Shown in pieces: positions 20,714-30,700 of a stretch of 64,000 nucleotides of DNA (positions within the stretch are counted from its first letter, which is position 1; the number at the start of each line of letters is the position of its first letter). Below the pieces are notes generated by a model. The model did not search any database, was not told the DNA's origin, and was given only the letters and a program-made list of their open reading frames with translations. The stretch is from Candidatus Nomurabacteria bacterium. GTDB lineage: Bacteria > Patescibacteriota > Minisyncoccia > Phycocordibacterales > UBA9973. The position numbers were made by a program, and so were the translations under genes. The stretch lies in NCBI GenBank assembly GCA_026395965.1, contig JAPLXS010000012.1, positions 115,977-179,976 on the forward strand. Direction: 5' to 3'.

Positions 20714-21247
20714 TTAATTCATTATATCTATTTCTTTTTTAGCAAAAATAGCTTCTAGGTTATTATTTGATTCATCAACAGCTTTTTGTATATCATCTTT
20801 TCCGCGCTTTACTTCATCTTCAGAGAGATCAGTAAGTTTTTCCATTTCAGCTTGTCTTTCTTTTCTAACACTTATACGAGCATCTTCAAGCTTTTCTTTT
20901 AATACTTTTACAAGCTTAGAACGGTTTTCAGTAGTAAGCATTGGGAAAATAACGCGCACACCATCACTATCAGATACGATAGATAAGCCTAAATCAGCAG
21001 CACCTATAGCATTTTCTATTTCTTTTATCTGTTTTTTATCCCAAGGAGCCACTCTTAGAGTTTTTGTATCTTCAATAGTAATTGAAGCGATGTTTTTTAT
21101 AGGCATATGACTACCATAGCTTTCAACCATAACACTATCAAGAACAACAGGAGTAGCACGCCCTGTATGAACTTGTGAATACTCTTTACTTAACCATTCT
21201 TCTACTTTCTTTAGTTCAGTTTTAAAATTTTGTGTATTGTATGCCAT
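20714..21247 (-). CDS. frr: Ribosome recycling factor
   Basis: 177 aa; ...VHTGRATPVVLDSVMVESYGSHMPIKNIASI... canonical RRF. Confidence 0.9.
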   Translation of the reverse strand: MAYNTQNFKTELKKVEEWLSKEYSQVHTGRATPVVLDSVMVESYGSHMPIKNIASITIEDTKTLRVAPWDKKQIKEIENAIGAADLGLSIVSDSDGVRVIFPMLTTENRSKLVKVLKEKLEDARISVRKERQAEMEKLTDLSEDEVKRGKDDIQKAVDESNNNLEAIFAKKEIDIMN

Positions 21248-21365
21248 ATGTTGTGTTGTAAAAATGAAATAAATTATTTTATAAAAATGCCTAGCCGGTT
21301 TCCAAAAAAATTTGAAGAGGAAATACGAATAATTTTTTAGAATATAATTTATGTAATTTTTTATT

Positions 21366-21449
21366 AATAATTCTTAATTCTTAATTCTTAATTCTTAATT
21401 CTTAATTCTTAATTCTTAATTCTTAATTCTTAATTCTTATAATTATACC
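21366..21449. repeat. Tandem heptanucleotide array (TAATTCT), about 11-12 copies
   Basis: Direct reading of aattcttaattcttaattctt... between the holB stop and the frr start. Shorter copies occur at 13101-13126 and 22150-22162. Confidence 0.9.
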
Positions 21450-22144
21450 ACAAGAGCTAAGTGTTCTAAAATCATCTTAACAGCTGCTCCTGGTGTACTT
21501 AGATATTCACGACTTTTTTGTAATTCATTTAAGATAAATTTTATATTTTCATCATTTCTATTTTTCTTAAATTTTTCATAAAATACAATTTCTAATTCAT
21601 TTATAAATGACGTAGCATAAAATCTGAGTTGCCCACTATTTTCTTCATTTTTATTTTTCTTAATAATAGTTATAAGTGAGTTTACTCTATCACTAGGTGA
21701 AGAAGATATAAACAATAAAACATCTTTTTTTATATCTATATTATTATTTTGATATTCTTTTGTTTTAATAACATGTACTCTTGAGATAATAGTATCGCAC
21801 AATACAGAAACATCTGGAACAATAATAAAATAGTGTGTATTGATACCAGGCTCTTCAAGGATTTTCAAAAAAGTTTGTTCTGCTTCGCGGTTTATAAATT
21901 TGGTTGCAATAATACAAATCTTTTTGTTTTTAGTAATACCATTATTACTATTCCATTCTTTTATTTGACTTACATCTTTCATGGTAAATGATTCATATAC
22001 CTGACATAAAACATCTGGACTTTTACTTTCTACTTCCCCTTTAGATTCAAGATAACGAAGCAAAATATCACCCATTGTTTCTGGATTTCCTTCTATCACA
22101 TAACTATGATATAAATCTTTTGGTAAAAATTGTTCAAAATCCAT
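21443..22144 (-). CDS. holB: DNA polymerase III delta' subunit-like (clamp-loader AAA+ fold, short form)
   Basis: ...LKILEEPGINTHYFIIVPDVSVLCDTIISRVHV resembles the sensor-1/SRC region (T..SR) of HolB; 233 aa. Confidence 0.65.
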   Translation of the reverse strand: MDFEQFLPKDLYHSYVIEGNPETMGDILLRYLESKGEVESKSPDVLCQVYESFTMKDVSQIKEWNSNNGITKNKKICIIATKFINREAEQTFLKILEEPGINTHYFIIVPDVSVLCDTIISRVHVIKTKEYQNNNIDIKKDVLLFISSSPSDRVNSLITIIKKNKNEENSGQLRFYATSFINELEIVFYEKFKKNRNDENIKFILNELQKSREYLSTPGAAVKMILEHLALVV

Positions 22145-22167
22145 AAATATAATTCTTAATTATTTTA

Positions 22168-23247
22168 TTATTGTACTCCAATTGGATAAATATCAGAAAG
22201 TTCTCCAGAATAATAAAATTCATACGCTATATCCCCAAAAGTATAGTCTACGTTATTTATATTTATTATTGATCCACCAATCTCTGGATTATCTTTTGGT
22301 ACAGAATAAAAGAAACCGAGATTGTAAAGGGTTGCCAATATCTCTGGACGCTCGTTTAAGTTGTATCCCTTCTTTTGCCATTGAGCTATAATCTCTTTCA
22401 TATATAAACCTGAATATAAGTAAGAGTAATATGGATATTTTGCATTTGTTATTCTACTTAATCTTTCAGAATCAACATCTACATTGGGAGGATAGTCTGC
22501 TACATGTTCCATATCAGGACCTAAATAAAATTCTGAATTTACATCTTTTAGATTACTTTCTATAGTAGCTACTGTTTTAGGTTTTAGACCAGCTATACCA
22601 AAAGATATCTGAGACAATGATGCTAATATTTTCATTGGTTCAAAATAACTTTTGAATATTTCGCGTTTACTATTATTAAAAAATCTAAATTGTTCACCTA
22701 TAACTCCACTCAATATAATTCGTGGAGATATACCAGAATCATGAGCAGCTCTTTTAATAGTTTCTTTGTCACGAGTAAATACTTCTTTCATCAAATTCCA
22801 TTGATCAGTGTCAGCCCAATAATATGCTGAAATAGGAATATTTAATTGTTGATTTAAATCACTTGAAGTCTTACATTTTTCTATAGACAAATTATAAAGA
22901 TAATCATTTTTAAAACGAAGAGAAGCCATTTCTATCATTTTATTCAAAAGCTCATCATTTGCTCCATTTGTCATAGTTTTAGATATATTTACAGAAGTTA
23001 AAGGAGCAAATTTACTAAGTACATTTATTTTACATATAATTTCTAGATTGCTATCTGTACTACTATTTTTTTGTGAATTTTTATTTACATTAAAATATGA
23101 ATTTCTTTCTGAAACAGACCCTTTTACATTTAACCATCCAAACTGCATTGAGATAAAAACAACAAAAAAAACAAATCCTGTGAGGGCAAACCCGAACAAC
23201 AAAACACGAACGGAATTTCGTTTAATTTTTTTAAAATTTATAGACAT
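22168..23247 (-). CDS. Hypothetical membrane-anchored protein immediately downstream of mreB
   Basis: 359 aa with one N-terminal TM helix and no recognisable motifs. It occupies the position where mreC normally lies. Confidence 0.45.
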   Translation of the reverse strand: MSINFKKIKRNSVRVLLFGFALTGFVFFVVFISMQFGWLNVKGSVSERNSYFNVNKNSQKNSSTDSNLEIICKINVLSKFAPLTSVNISKTMTNGANDELLNKMIEMASLRFKNDYLYNLSIEKCKTSSDLNQQLNIPISAYYWADTDQWNLMKEVFTRDKETIKRAAHDSGISPRIILSGVIGEQFRFFNNSKREIFKSYFEPMKILASLSQISFGIAGLKPKTVATIESNLKDVNSEFYLGPDMEHVADYPPNVDVDSERLSRITNAKYPYYSYLYSGLYMKEIIAQWQKKGYNLNERPEILATLYNLGFFYSVPKDNPEIGGSIININNVDYTFGDIAYEFYYSGELSDIYPIGVQ

Positions 23248-23248
23248 A

Positions 23249-24262
23249 TTATCTTTTACTTAAAATACTTTTTTTATAGGTTTCTAAATGATTCAATGCT
23301 TCTCCTGTACCTTTTACAACACATAACAAAGGTTCATCTGCTACGCGTGCCTTTACTCCAGTACGACGATATATCAAGTCTGCCAAATTTCTAATCTGTG
23401 ATGAACCACCTGTCATGATAATACCTCCATCTATAATATCTGCAGCAAGCTCTGGTGGAGTTTGAGACAGAACATCTTTAACAGCACCTATCATTGTACG
23501 AAGCTCTTTGTCTATAGCTCTTACTATTTCATTGGTTGATATTTGAGCTGTACGAGGTAAACCTTGTATAAAATCTCGGCCCTTGATAGTGATAGTTATT
23601 TCTTCTTCAAGTGGAACAGCAGCTCCAATTTTTACTTTTATAGCTTCTGCTGTTTTGTCTCCAATAGCTAGGTTGAAGGTTTTCTTTATATAGTCAGTAA
23701 TAGCTTGGTCTATCTTATCTCCTGCACATTTTACAGAAGTAGAAGCAACTATTCCACCTAAAGCAATTACGGCTACATCTGTAGTTCCTCCTCCAATATC
23801 CATAATCATATAGCCACGTGACTCTTGAATAGGTATACCTGCTCCTATAGCTGCCAATATGGGCTCTTTTACAACGTAAGCATTTTTTGCACCAGCTCTT
23901 ATTGCTGCTTCCACTACAGCTCTTCGTTCAGTCGAAGTTATTCCAGCAGGAACAGAAACCATAACATCAGGTTTAAATAAATTGTATTTACCCAGAGTTT
24001 TTGAAATAAAATACCGAAGCATTGCTTCTGTAACTCTATAGTCTGCAATAACACCATTTTTCATGGGACGATAGACTATAATATTATCGGGAGTTTTTCC
24101 TATCATATCCTTAGCCTCTAAACCAATAGCCAAAATAGTATTATCTTGTTCTGATACAGCAACTACAGAAGGTTCATTTAAAACAACCCCTTTTCCAGGA
24201 AGATATACTAGTGTATTTGCAGTACCTAAGTCTATGCCGAGTTTTTTAGAAAAAATAGCCAT
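23249..24262 (-). CDS. mreB: Rod-shape-determining protein MreB
   Basis: LGIDLGTANTLVY phosphate-1 motif, MDIGGGTTDVAVI phosphate-2 motif; 337 aa. Confidence 0.92.
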   Translation of the reverse strand: MAIFSKKLGIDLGTANTLVYLPGKGVVLNEPSVVAVSEQDNTILAIGLEAKDMIGKTPDNIIVYRPMKNGVIADYRVTEAMLRYFISKTLGKYNLFKPDVMVSVPAGITSTERRAVVEAAIRAGAKNAYVVKEPILAAIGAGIPIQESRGYMIMDIGGGTTDVAVIALGGIVASTSVKCAGDKIDQAITDYIKKTFNLAIGDKTAEAIKVKIGAAVPLEEEITITIKGRDFIQGLPRTAQISTNEIVRAIDKELRTMIGAVKDVLSQTPPELAADIIDGGIIMTGGSSQIRNLADLIYRRTGVKARVADEPLLCVVKGTGEALNHLETYKKSILSKR

Positions 24263-24324
24263 AATTTATATAAATAACATAGTTATCATAACACACAATT
24301 ATTGTTTTATAAAATAAATAAATT

Positions 24325-26310
24325 GTGTTTATTTTATACACTTATGGTACGATAATAAGTATGTATATTGCTACTGTTATACCTCTTATAAAAGGACCGC
24401 AAAAAGAATATTTAACGTATTTTTCTATGACAGATATTCATGTTGGAAGTATCGTGTCAATTCCCATTCGTTCTAGAATTGTTGATGCTATTGTTATAAA
24501 TACAGAAGAAGCTAGAAATATAAAATCTGATATAAAAAAAGCAGAATACCAACTAAAAAAAATAATTAAAATAAAAGGAGAATCTCCATTTAATGGAAAT
24601 TTTTTTATTGCATGTCAAAAAATGAAAAATTATACAGTGAGCAACACTGGAACTATTATTAAAAATCTTTTACCTGCTGCATTTGTTGACAATATAAATC
24701 ATCTCGACAAAGCACAGGAATCAAACGAGCAATCGCCCAAAAATATAGCTCACGAAAAATTAATATTTCAAGCTACTCCATCTGACCGTTTAGCTTTTTA
24801 CAAAACTTTAATCCGTGAAGCATTTGCAAAAAAAGAATCTATTTTTATGTGTGTTCCAAATCATTATGATATAGACTACTACAGCAAAGAACTTACTCGA
24901 GGTATTGAGCAATACGTATTTACATTTCATTCTGATATGACAAAAAAAGCCTTGATAAATATGTATAATTCTGCGGTTAGTGCTACACACCCAGTACTTA
25001 TTATTGGTACTGGAATATTTCTATCTATTCCTCGCCATGACATTAAAACAATCATACTAGAACATGAAAGTTCTGATACATATAAACAAATAAGTAGACC
25101 TTATGTTGATATAAGAAGCTTCGCTGAAATATTATCATCAATTCAAAAAATTAAATTAATTTATGGAGACACATTGCTTCGACCTGAAACATTACATAGG
25201 CATGAAATAGGTGAATTTGGAGAAGTATCTTCCCCTTTATATCGTCTTCCTCTAACTGAAAATCAAACCGTAGTAGATATGAAAGATGAAGTTAGTGATA
25301 CCGGTAAGAAAATATTTACTAGTATCTCAGTTGCAACAAAAAAAATGATAGAGCAATCTATACTAGAAAATAAATCTGTTTTTTTATTTTCTGCTAGAAA
25401 AGGTTTAGCTCCTATAACTGTTTGTAATGATTGCAGTAATACCCTTTTATGTCCATCTTGTTCTACTCCAATAGTTTTATATGGAACAAGACAAATAGCA
25501 GCAAACAAATCAACTACTCCTCGCATATTTATGTGTAATAAATGTGGAAGAAAAGAAAAAACAGAGGTCAGCTGTCCAAAATGTTCAAGTTGGAATCTAA
25601 CACCACTAGGAATTGGAACAGACAAAGTATATGAGGAAATCAAAAATTTATTTCCAAAAACAAAAATTTATCAAATAGACAAAGAAGCTACAAGTACAAA
25701 TAAAGAAGCTCGCGATGCAATATCAGAATTTAATAAAAATCCAGGAAGTATTCTAATTGGTACGGAAATGGTTTTTTCATATTTACAAAATAAAGTTTCA
25801 AGTAGTGCGATTATTTCTCTTGATGGATTATTTTCAATTCCAAGTTTTAATATTACTCAAAAAATATTGCATATAATTGAAAAGCTACACAACATAACTA
25901 CAGATAATTTAATAATCCAAACTCGTATACCTGAAAATAAAATTTTACAAAACATACTTAGTGGCAATGTATTACCACTTTGTCGTGAAGATTTAAAAGA
26001 ACGCAAAGATTTTGGATATCCACCATTTAAAAGACTTATAAAAATTACATTTGAAGGTTCAGCTGATGAAACTGAAAAAGCAAGAAATTTTATTGAAAAA
26101 ACTCTTGGGGAGTACGAGCCACAGATATTTAGTGCATTTACTAGTAAAATAAAAGGTAAATACATAACAAATACTGTAATAAAGGTTGATCCTACAACAT
26201 GGCCGCTATTAGTCGACGAAAAACGACAGTTAGATCACAATCTACTGCAAAACCTTGCTCAACTTACTCCATCATTTTCAATAAATGTAGACCCAGAAGA
26301 CTTGCTATAG
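24325..26310 (+). CDS. priA: Primosomal protein N' (PriA) homologue with a degenerate Walker A/B
   Basis: N-terminal 3'-DNA-binding region (VGSIVSIPIRSRIVDAIV). Cys-rich Zn-binding insertion (CNDCSNTLLCPSC...CNKCG...CPKCSS). The position aligned to the PriA Walker A reads QATPSDRL, not GVTGSGKT. Confidence 0.7.
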   Translation: MFILYTYGTIISMYIATVIPLIKGPQKEYLTYFSMTDIHVGSIVSIPIRSRIVDAIVINTEEARNIKSDIKKAEYQLKKIIKIKGESPFNGNFFIACQKMKNYTVSNTGTIIKNLLPAAFVDNINHLDKAQESNEQSPKNIAHEKLIFQATPSDRLAFYKTLIREAFAKKESIFMCVPNHYDIDYYSKELTRGIEQYVFTFHSDMTKKALINMYNSAVSATHPVLIIGTGIFLSIPRHDIKTIILEHESSDTYKQISRPYVDIRSFAEILSSIQKIKLIYGDTLLRPETLHRHEIGEFGEVSSPLYRLPLTENQTVVDMKDEVSDTGKKIFTSISVATKKMIEQSILENKSVFLFSARKGLAPITVCNDCSNTLLCPSCSTPIVLYGTRQIAANKSTTPRIFMCNKCGRKEKTEVSCPKCSSWNLTPLGIGTDKVYEEIKNLFPKTKIYQIDKEATSTNKEARDAISEFNKNPGSILIGTEMVFSYLQNKVSSSAIISLDGLFSIPSFNITQKILHIIEKLHNITTDNLIIQTRIPENKILQNILSGNVLPLCREDLKERKDFGYPPFKRLIKITFEGSADETEKARNFIEKTLGEYEPQIFSAFTSKIKGKYITNTVIKVDPTTWPLLVDEKRQLDHNLLQNLAQLTPSFSINVDPEDLL

Positions 26311-26406
26311 ATAGGGGTCCAACCCCTATCTGACTTTAGGGGTTGGACCCCTAAAATATAGCCCAGGGACTTGCTTCAAATAAAAAGGTGTGATAATATA
26401 TCAAAC

Positions 26407-26658
26407 ATGATTACCGTTATAGAAGTAAAGAAAAATGCAAACGAAAGCAATATGAATCTTATTCGCAGATTTACACGTAAAGTGCAAGAATCTGGAATTA
26501 TTCAGAAAGTTAAAAGTAAGCGTTACAATAAAAGAGCTGACTCTAAAATAAAAGTTAAAGTAGCTACTCTTAAAAGATTGACTCGTAAGAAAAATCTTGA
26601 AAAACTTATTAAACTTGGTAAAGCAACTAAATTCACTAAGAAAAGAGGTCATAAATAA
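26407..26658 (+). CDS. rpsU: 30S ribosomal protein S21 (may start at the upstream Met at 26371)
   Basis: MITVIEVKKNANESNMNLIRRFTRKVQESGIIQKVKSKRYNKR... matches the S21 pattern (V.VrenE..d.alRRFkr..ek.G.l.e.r.r..yeKP). Confidence 0.75.
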   Translation: MITVIEVKKNANESNMNLIRRFTRKVQESGIIQKVKSKRYNKRADSKIKVKVATLKRLTRKKNLEKLIKLGKATKFTKKRGHK

Positions 26659-26663
26659 AAATT

Positions 26664-27050
26664 ATGGTAGATATAGGTTTCTGTACTATTACAAATAAAA
26701 CAAAAGGCAAGCTTCCACGCTTGCCTTTTGTTTCGATTAAAAATAAAATACTTGGCCCTGAATACGAATTAGGTATGAGTATATTAACTCCTTTAAAACA
26801 GAAACAAATCAATTTTAAATATCGTGGTAAAAATGAAACAACAAATATCCTATCATTTCCACTTTCTGAAACATCTGGTGAAATAACTATTGACCCTATA
26901 AAAGTAAAGAAAGATGCTCCTCTTTTTGATATGAATTATACTCAATTTTTTAAATATTTATTTATCCACGGATTATTACATTTGAAAGGTTTTGAACATA
27001 GTAGTACAATGGAAAAAGAAGAAAAAAAATATCTTAAAATGTTTTCATAA
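26664..27050 (+). CDS. ybeY: Endoribonuclease YbeY
   Basis: HGLLHLKGFEH is the H..LH..G.(D/E)H zinc-binding signature of YbeY; 128 aa. Confidence 0.85.
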   Translation: MVDIGFCTITNKTKGKLPRLPFVSIKNKILGPEYELGMSILTPLKQKQINFKYRGKNETTNILSFPLSETSGEITIDPIKVKKDAPLFDMNYTQFFKYLFIHGLLHLKGFEHSSTMEKEEKKYLKMFS

Positions 27051-27113
27051 AATATTATATTTCTTACTTTTATAGTATACTTTAAAAAGTAGACACCATT
27101 ATTTTTATATAAA

Positions 27114-28289
27114 ATGAAAAACAATAATTATACTTGCGGCATAGATATAGGAACTCAGTCTACAAAAGTTGTAGTTATGGTTTTTGATAAGATAAAGAAA
27201 GAAAATATTATTGTAGCAACAGGAATATCTCCTACACTTGGTATGCGTTTCGGATACATTACAAATGTAGATACTGTAGCTGCGAGTATAAAAAAAGCAG
27301 TAGGACAAGCTGAAAACATCTTAGGGTTTAAAATCCGAAAAGCTTTTATTTCTGTTGGTGGAGTTAGTCTTAGCTCTGTTACATCAACAGGGTCAGTTAT
27401 GATTTCAAAAGCTGATCAAGAAATAACAAATCTAGATGTACAAAAAGTTTTAGCCAATAGTGAAGAAAACCTTGATATTGTAAACAAAAAAATAATTCAT
27501 ATTATTCCAATTGGATATAAACTTGACGGCAAAGAAATATACGCAAGACCAGAAGGGTTAAAAGGAATCAAATTAGAAGTAAAAACTCTTTTTATTACTT
27601 GTTTAAAACAAAATATAGAAGACCTTATAACGGCACTCACTTTAGCCAAAATAGATATTGAAGAAATAATAGCATCACCTTTTGCTACTGGAAATGTACT
27701 TGTAAACAACCAACAAAAAATTGCTGGTTGTGTTCTTGTAGATATAGGTGCTGAGACTGTATCTACTGTAGTCTTTGAAAATAGTCTACCATTATCAATA
27801 TCTGTGTTTCCTATAGGTAGCATGGACATAACAAAAGATATCGCATTAGGTCTAAGGCTTTCTCTCGAAGAGGCTGAGAGTATAAAGCTTGGTAGTGTTA
27901 CTGGCGGCGATTACTCAAAGAAAAAAGTAGATGAAATAATAGAAGCAAGATTAGGAGATATATTTGAACTTGTCGGAAACCAACTCAAAAGATTAAAACG
28001 CAATGAACTTCTTCCTGCTGGTATTATTATAACTGGTCATGGTTCTTCTACAAATAATATTTGTGAGATAGCTCGTACACAATTAAAACTTCCAGCTAAA
28101 ATAGGAGTAATAGATTCATCCTTAAACAATAAATTAAAAGTTCGTGACTCATCATGGTACACAGCACTTGGATTAGCACTTTCATCAAATAGTGAATCTT
28201 TTAATAATCAAGCAATCGATTCTATTGGTGTAAATATAAAAGAAATGAAAAGATTCTTTAAAGATATCCTAAAACAACTACTTCCTTAA
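27114..28289 (+). CDS. ftsA: Cell division protein FtsA
   Basis: CGIDIGTQSTKVVV phosphate-1, VLVDIGAETVSTVVF phosphate-2; sits directly upstream of ftsZ. Confidence 0.9.
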   Translation: MKNNNYTCGIDIGTQSTKVVVMVFDKIKKENIIVATGISPTLGMRFGYITNVDTVAASIKKAVGQAENILGFKIRKAFISVGGVSLSSVTSTGSVMISKADQEITNLDVQKVLANSEENLDIVNKKIIHIIPIGYKLDGKEIYARPEGLKGIKLEVKTLFITCLKQNIEDLITALTLAKIDIEEIIASPFATGNVLVNNQQKIAGCVLVDIGAETVSTVVFENSLPLSISVFPIGSMDITKDIALGLRLSLEEAESIKLGSVTGGDYSKKKVDEIIEARLGDIFELVGNQLKRLKRNELLPAGIIITGHGSSTNNICEIARTQLKLPAKIGVIDSSLNNKLKVRDSSWYTALGLALSSNSESFNNQAIDSIGVNIKEMKRFFKDILKQLLP

Positions 28290-28401
28290 GTATATAGTGA
28301 AACATAATAAAATCTAGTCAATATGTTCCCTTTTTATTAATTTCTGGTATTATGTATTTACATAAATTTATTATTAATGAAAGACTTTTGTCTACAAATA
28401 T

Positions 28402-29589
28402 ATGCCTAAATTAAACCCAGACATTGAATCATTCGCAAGAATTAAAGTTATCGGAATTGGTGGATCAGGAAAAAACGCTCTTAATCACATGATTAACTCC
28501 AAAGTCAGAGGAGTAGAATTTATAGTGATGAATACTGATACTCAAGATTTACATAATTCTTTGTCTGAAAAAAAGGTTCATCTAGGAAAAAATCTAACTA
28601 AAGGACTAGGTGCTGGTATGAATCCTGAAATAGGAAGACGTGCAGCAGAAGAAACAAAAGCTGAAATACAAGATGTAATAAAAGGAGCAGATATGGTATT
28701 TATCGCCTGTGGTATGGGTGGTGGTACAGGAACAGGAGCCGCTCCTATCGTTGCTCAAGCTGCGAAAGAACAAGGTATACTTACTGTTGCAGTTGTAACT
28801 AAGCCATTTTCATTTGAAGGAAACCAAAGAATGAAACTTGCTGATATGGGATTAGCTGAATTAGAAAAAGAAGTTGATGCTATTTTAGTTATTCCAAACG
28901 ACAGACTAATAATTATTTCTGGAAAAGACGTTGGATTTAGACAAGCATTCGCAATGTGTGATGAAGTACTAAAACAAGCTGTTGAAGGTATTTCTGAATT
29001 AATCACAACTCCAGGTATGATAAACGTAGACTTTGCAGATATAAAATCAGTAATGTCTGACGCAGGATCAGCTCTGATGGGAGTAGGTATTGCAGCTGGT
29101 GAAGGACGCGCTGAAAAGGCAGCTACTATGGCTATCAATTCCCCTCTTCTAGATCTTTCTATTTCTGGTGCTCGTGGAGTATTATTTGCCATATCGGGTG
29201 GAGACGACTTAACTATTCATGAAATACAAGATGCTGCAAAAATAATAACAGAATCTATAGATAAAGATGCAAAAGTTATTTTTGGAACAATTAAAGATGA
29301 AAAACTTAAAAAGGGAGAGATGAAAGTTACTGTTATAGCAACAGGATTTCCTACTGATATGCCAAAGCGTTCACTTTTCCAAATGGGCCAACATCAGAGT
29401 AGAATGCTTGAGCCAACAGTAGTAAATTCAACAAAAGAAGAGATTATACAAGTTGTAAAAAAAGAACTTCCTAAAAATGAATCTGATGATTATATAAAGA
29501 AAACAGAAAAAATCGAAGATGATTTATTTATAGACGATACAGATGACTGGAGTACAGTACCAGCATTTCTAAGAAGAAACAAAAAATAG
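28402..29589 (+). CDS. ftsZ: Cell division protein FtsZ
   Basis: GIGGSGKNALNHM and the tubulin signature GGGTGTGAAP; T7 loop NVDFADI. Confidence 0.95.
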   Translation: MPKLNPDIESFARIKVIGIGGSGKNALNHMINSKVRGVEFIVMNTDTQDLHNSLSEKKVHLGKNLTKGLGAGMNPEIGRRAAEETKAEIQDVIKGADMVFIACGMGGGTGTGAAPIVAQAAKEQGILTVAVVTKPFSFEGNQRMKLADMGLAELEKEVDAILVIPNDRLIIISGKDVGFRQAFAMCDEVLKQAVEGISELITTPGMINVDFADIKSVMSDAGSALMGVGIAAGEGRAEKAATMAINSPLLDLSISGARGVLFAISGGDDLTIHEIQDAAKIITESIDKDAKVIFGTIKDEKLKKGEMKVTVIATGFPTDMPKRSLFQMGQHQSRMLEPTVVNSTKEEIIQVVKKELPKNESDDYIKKTEKIEDDLFIDDTDDWSTVPAFLRRNKK

Positions 29590-29715
29590 TAAACAAGAGC
29601 TAGCGACTAGCTTTAAATACTGTTATACTAAGAAAACTATAAACAAATGTTTATGGTTTTCTTTTATCAACCTTATTCTTTAGCTACTAATACTAGTTGC
29701 TAAATACATAATTAT

Positions 29716-30642
29716 ATGTATGATTTATTAATTTTAGGAGGAGGTCCAGGAGGTACTGCTGCTGCAGTATATGCTGCACGAAAACAATTAAAAACTGCTA
29801 TTATCACAAATGAATTTGGTGGTCAGTCTATAGTTTCTGAAACAATATACAACTGGATAGGTACACCCGAGATTTCTGGATCTGAACTTGGAGCAAATTT
29901 TAAAAAACATATTCTTTATTATAAGGGTCCGTTTTTAGATATTATTGAAGGAGAAAAAATAGTAGAAATAACTAAAAATAATGACACTTTTATAGTAAAA
30001 TCAGAAACTAGTAAAACATTCGAAACAAAGGCTATTATAATAACAACTGGAAGTAGTAGACGAAAACTAGAAGCTATCAATGCCGATAAATTTGAGCACA
30101 AAGGTATTACTTATTGTGCATCATGTGATGGTCCTATGTTTGGAAACCAAGATGTGATAGTGATAGGAGGAGGTAATGCTGGATTCGAATCATCTGCTCA
30201 GTTGCTTGCTTATTGTAAGAGTGTGACTATGATACACAGAAATAATGATTTCAAGGCTGACCAAATAACAGTTAAAAAAGTTTTAGAAAATCCAAAATTT
30301 AAAGTTATTACCAATGCAGATGTATTAAAAATAGATGGAGAACAATTTGCAAACTCACTAACATATAAAGATAAAACTACGGGTATTGAAAATACAATTC
30401 CTACGGCTGGAATTTTCGTAGAAATAGGACAAATTCCAAATACTAGTTTTGTTAAAAATCTAGTAAACATAGATGAGATTGGCAAAATAATAGTAGACCC
30501 AATGACTCAAATGAGCTCAATCCCTGGTATTTGGGCAGCTGGTGATTGTACAAATGGTAAATATCATCAAAATAATATTGCTACTGGAGATGCAGTAAAA
30601 GCATTAGAAGACGCATATATTTGGATACATAAAAATAAATAA
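29716..30642 (+). CDS. trxB: Thioredoxin reductase
   Basis: FAD-binding GGGPGGTAAAVYAAR, redox-active CASC(DG), NAD(P)-binding GGGNAGFESSAQL, C-terminal GDCT motif. Confidence 0.9.
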   Translation: MYDLLILGGGPGGTAAAVYAARKQLKTAIITNEFGGQSIVSETIYNWIGTPEISGSELGANFKKHILYYKGPFLDIIEGEKIVEITKNNDTFIVKSETSKTFETKAIIITTGSSRRKLEAINADKFEHKGITYCASCDGPMFGNQDVIVIGGGNAGFESSAQLLAYCKSVTMIHRNNDFKADQITVKKVLENPKFKVITNADVLKIDGEQFANSLTYKDKTTGIENTIPTAGIFVEIGQIPNTSFVKNLVNIDEIGKIIVDPMTQMSSIPGIWAAGDCTNGKYHQNNIATGDAVKALEDAYIWIHKNK

Positions 30643-30648
30643 AATAAA

Positions 30649-30697
30649 AAATAGACGTTGGTCGCTAGTTATAGCAAATGACCAACGTCTATTTTTT
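30649..30697. terminator. Long dyad-symmetric hairpin (bidirectional terminator) between trxB and the glmU-like gene
   Basis: aaaaaTAGACGTTGGTCgctagttatagcaaatGACCAACGTCTAttttt. Confidence 0.6.
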
Positions 30698-30700
30698 TAT

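Noticed and set aside
21366-21449. Possible CRISPR array
   Set aside because: The unit is only 7 bp with no spacers, so this is a simple microsatellite. No cas genes or repeat-spacer structure appear anywhere in the window
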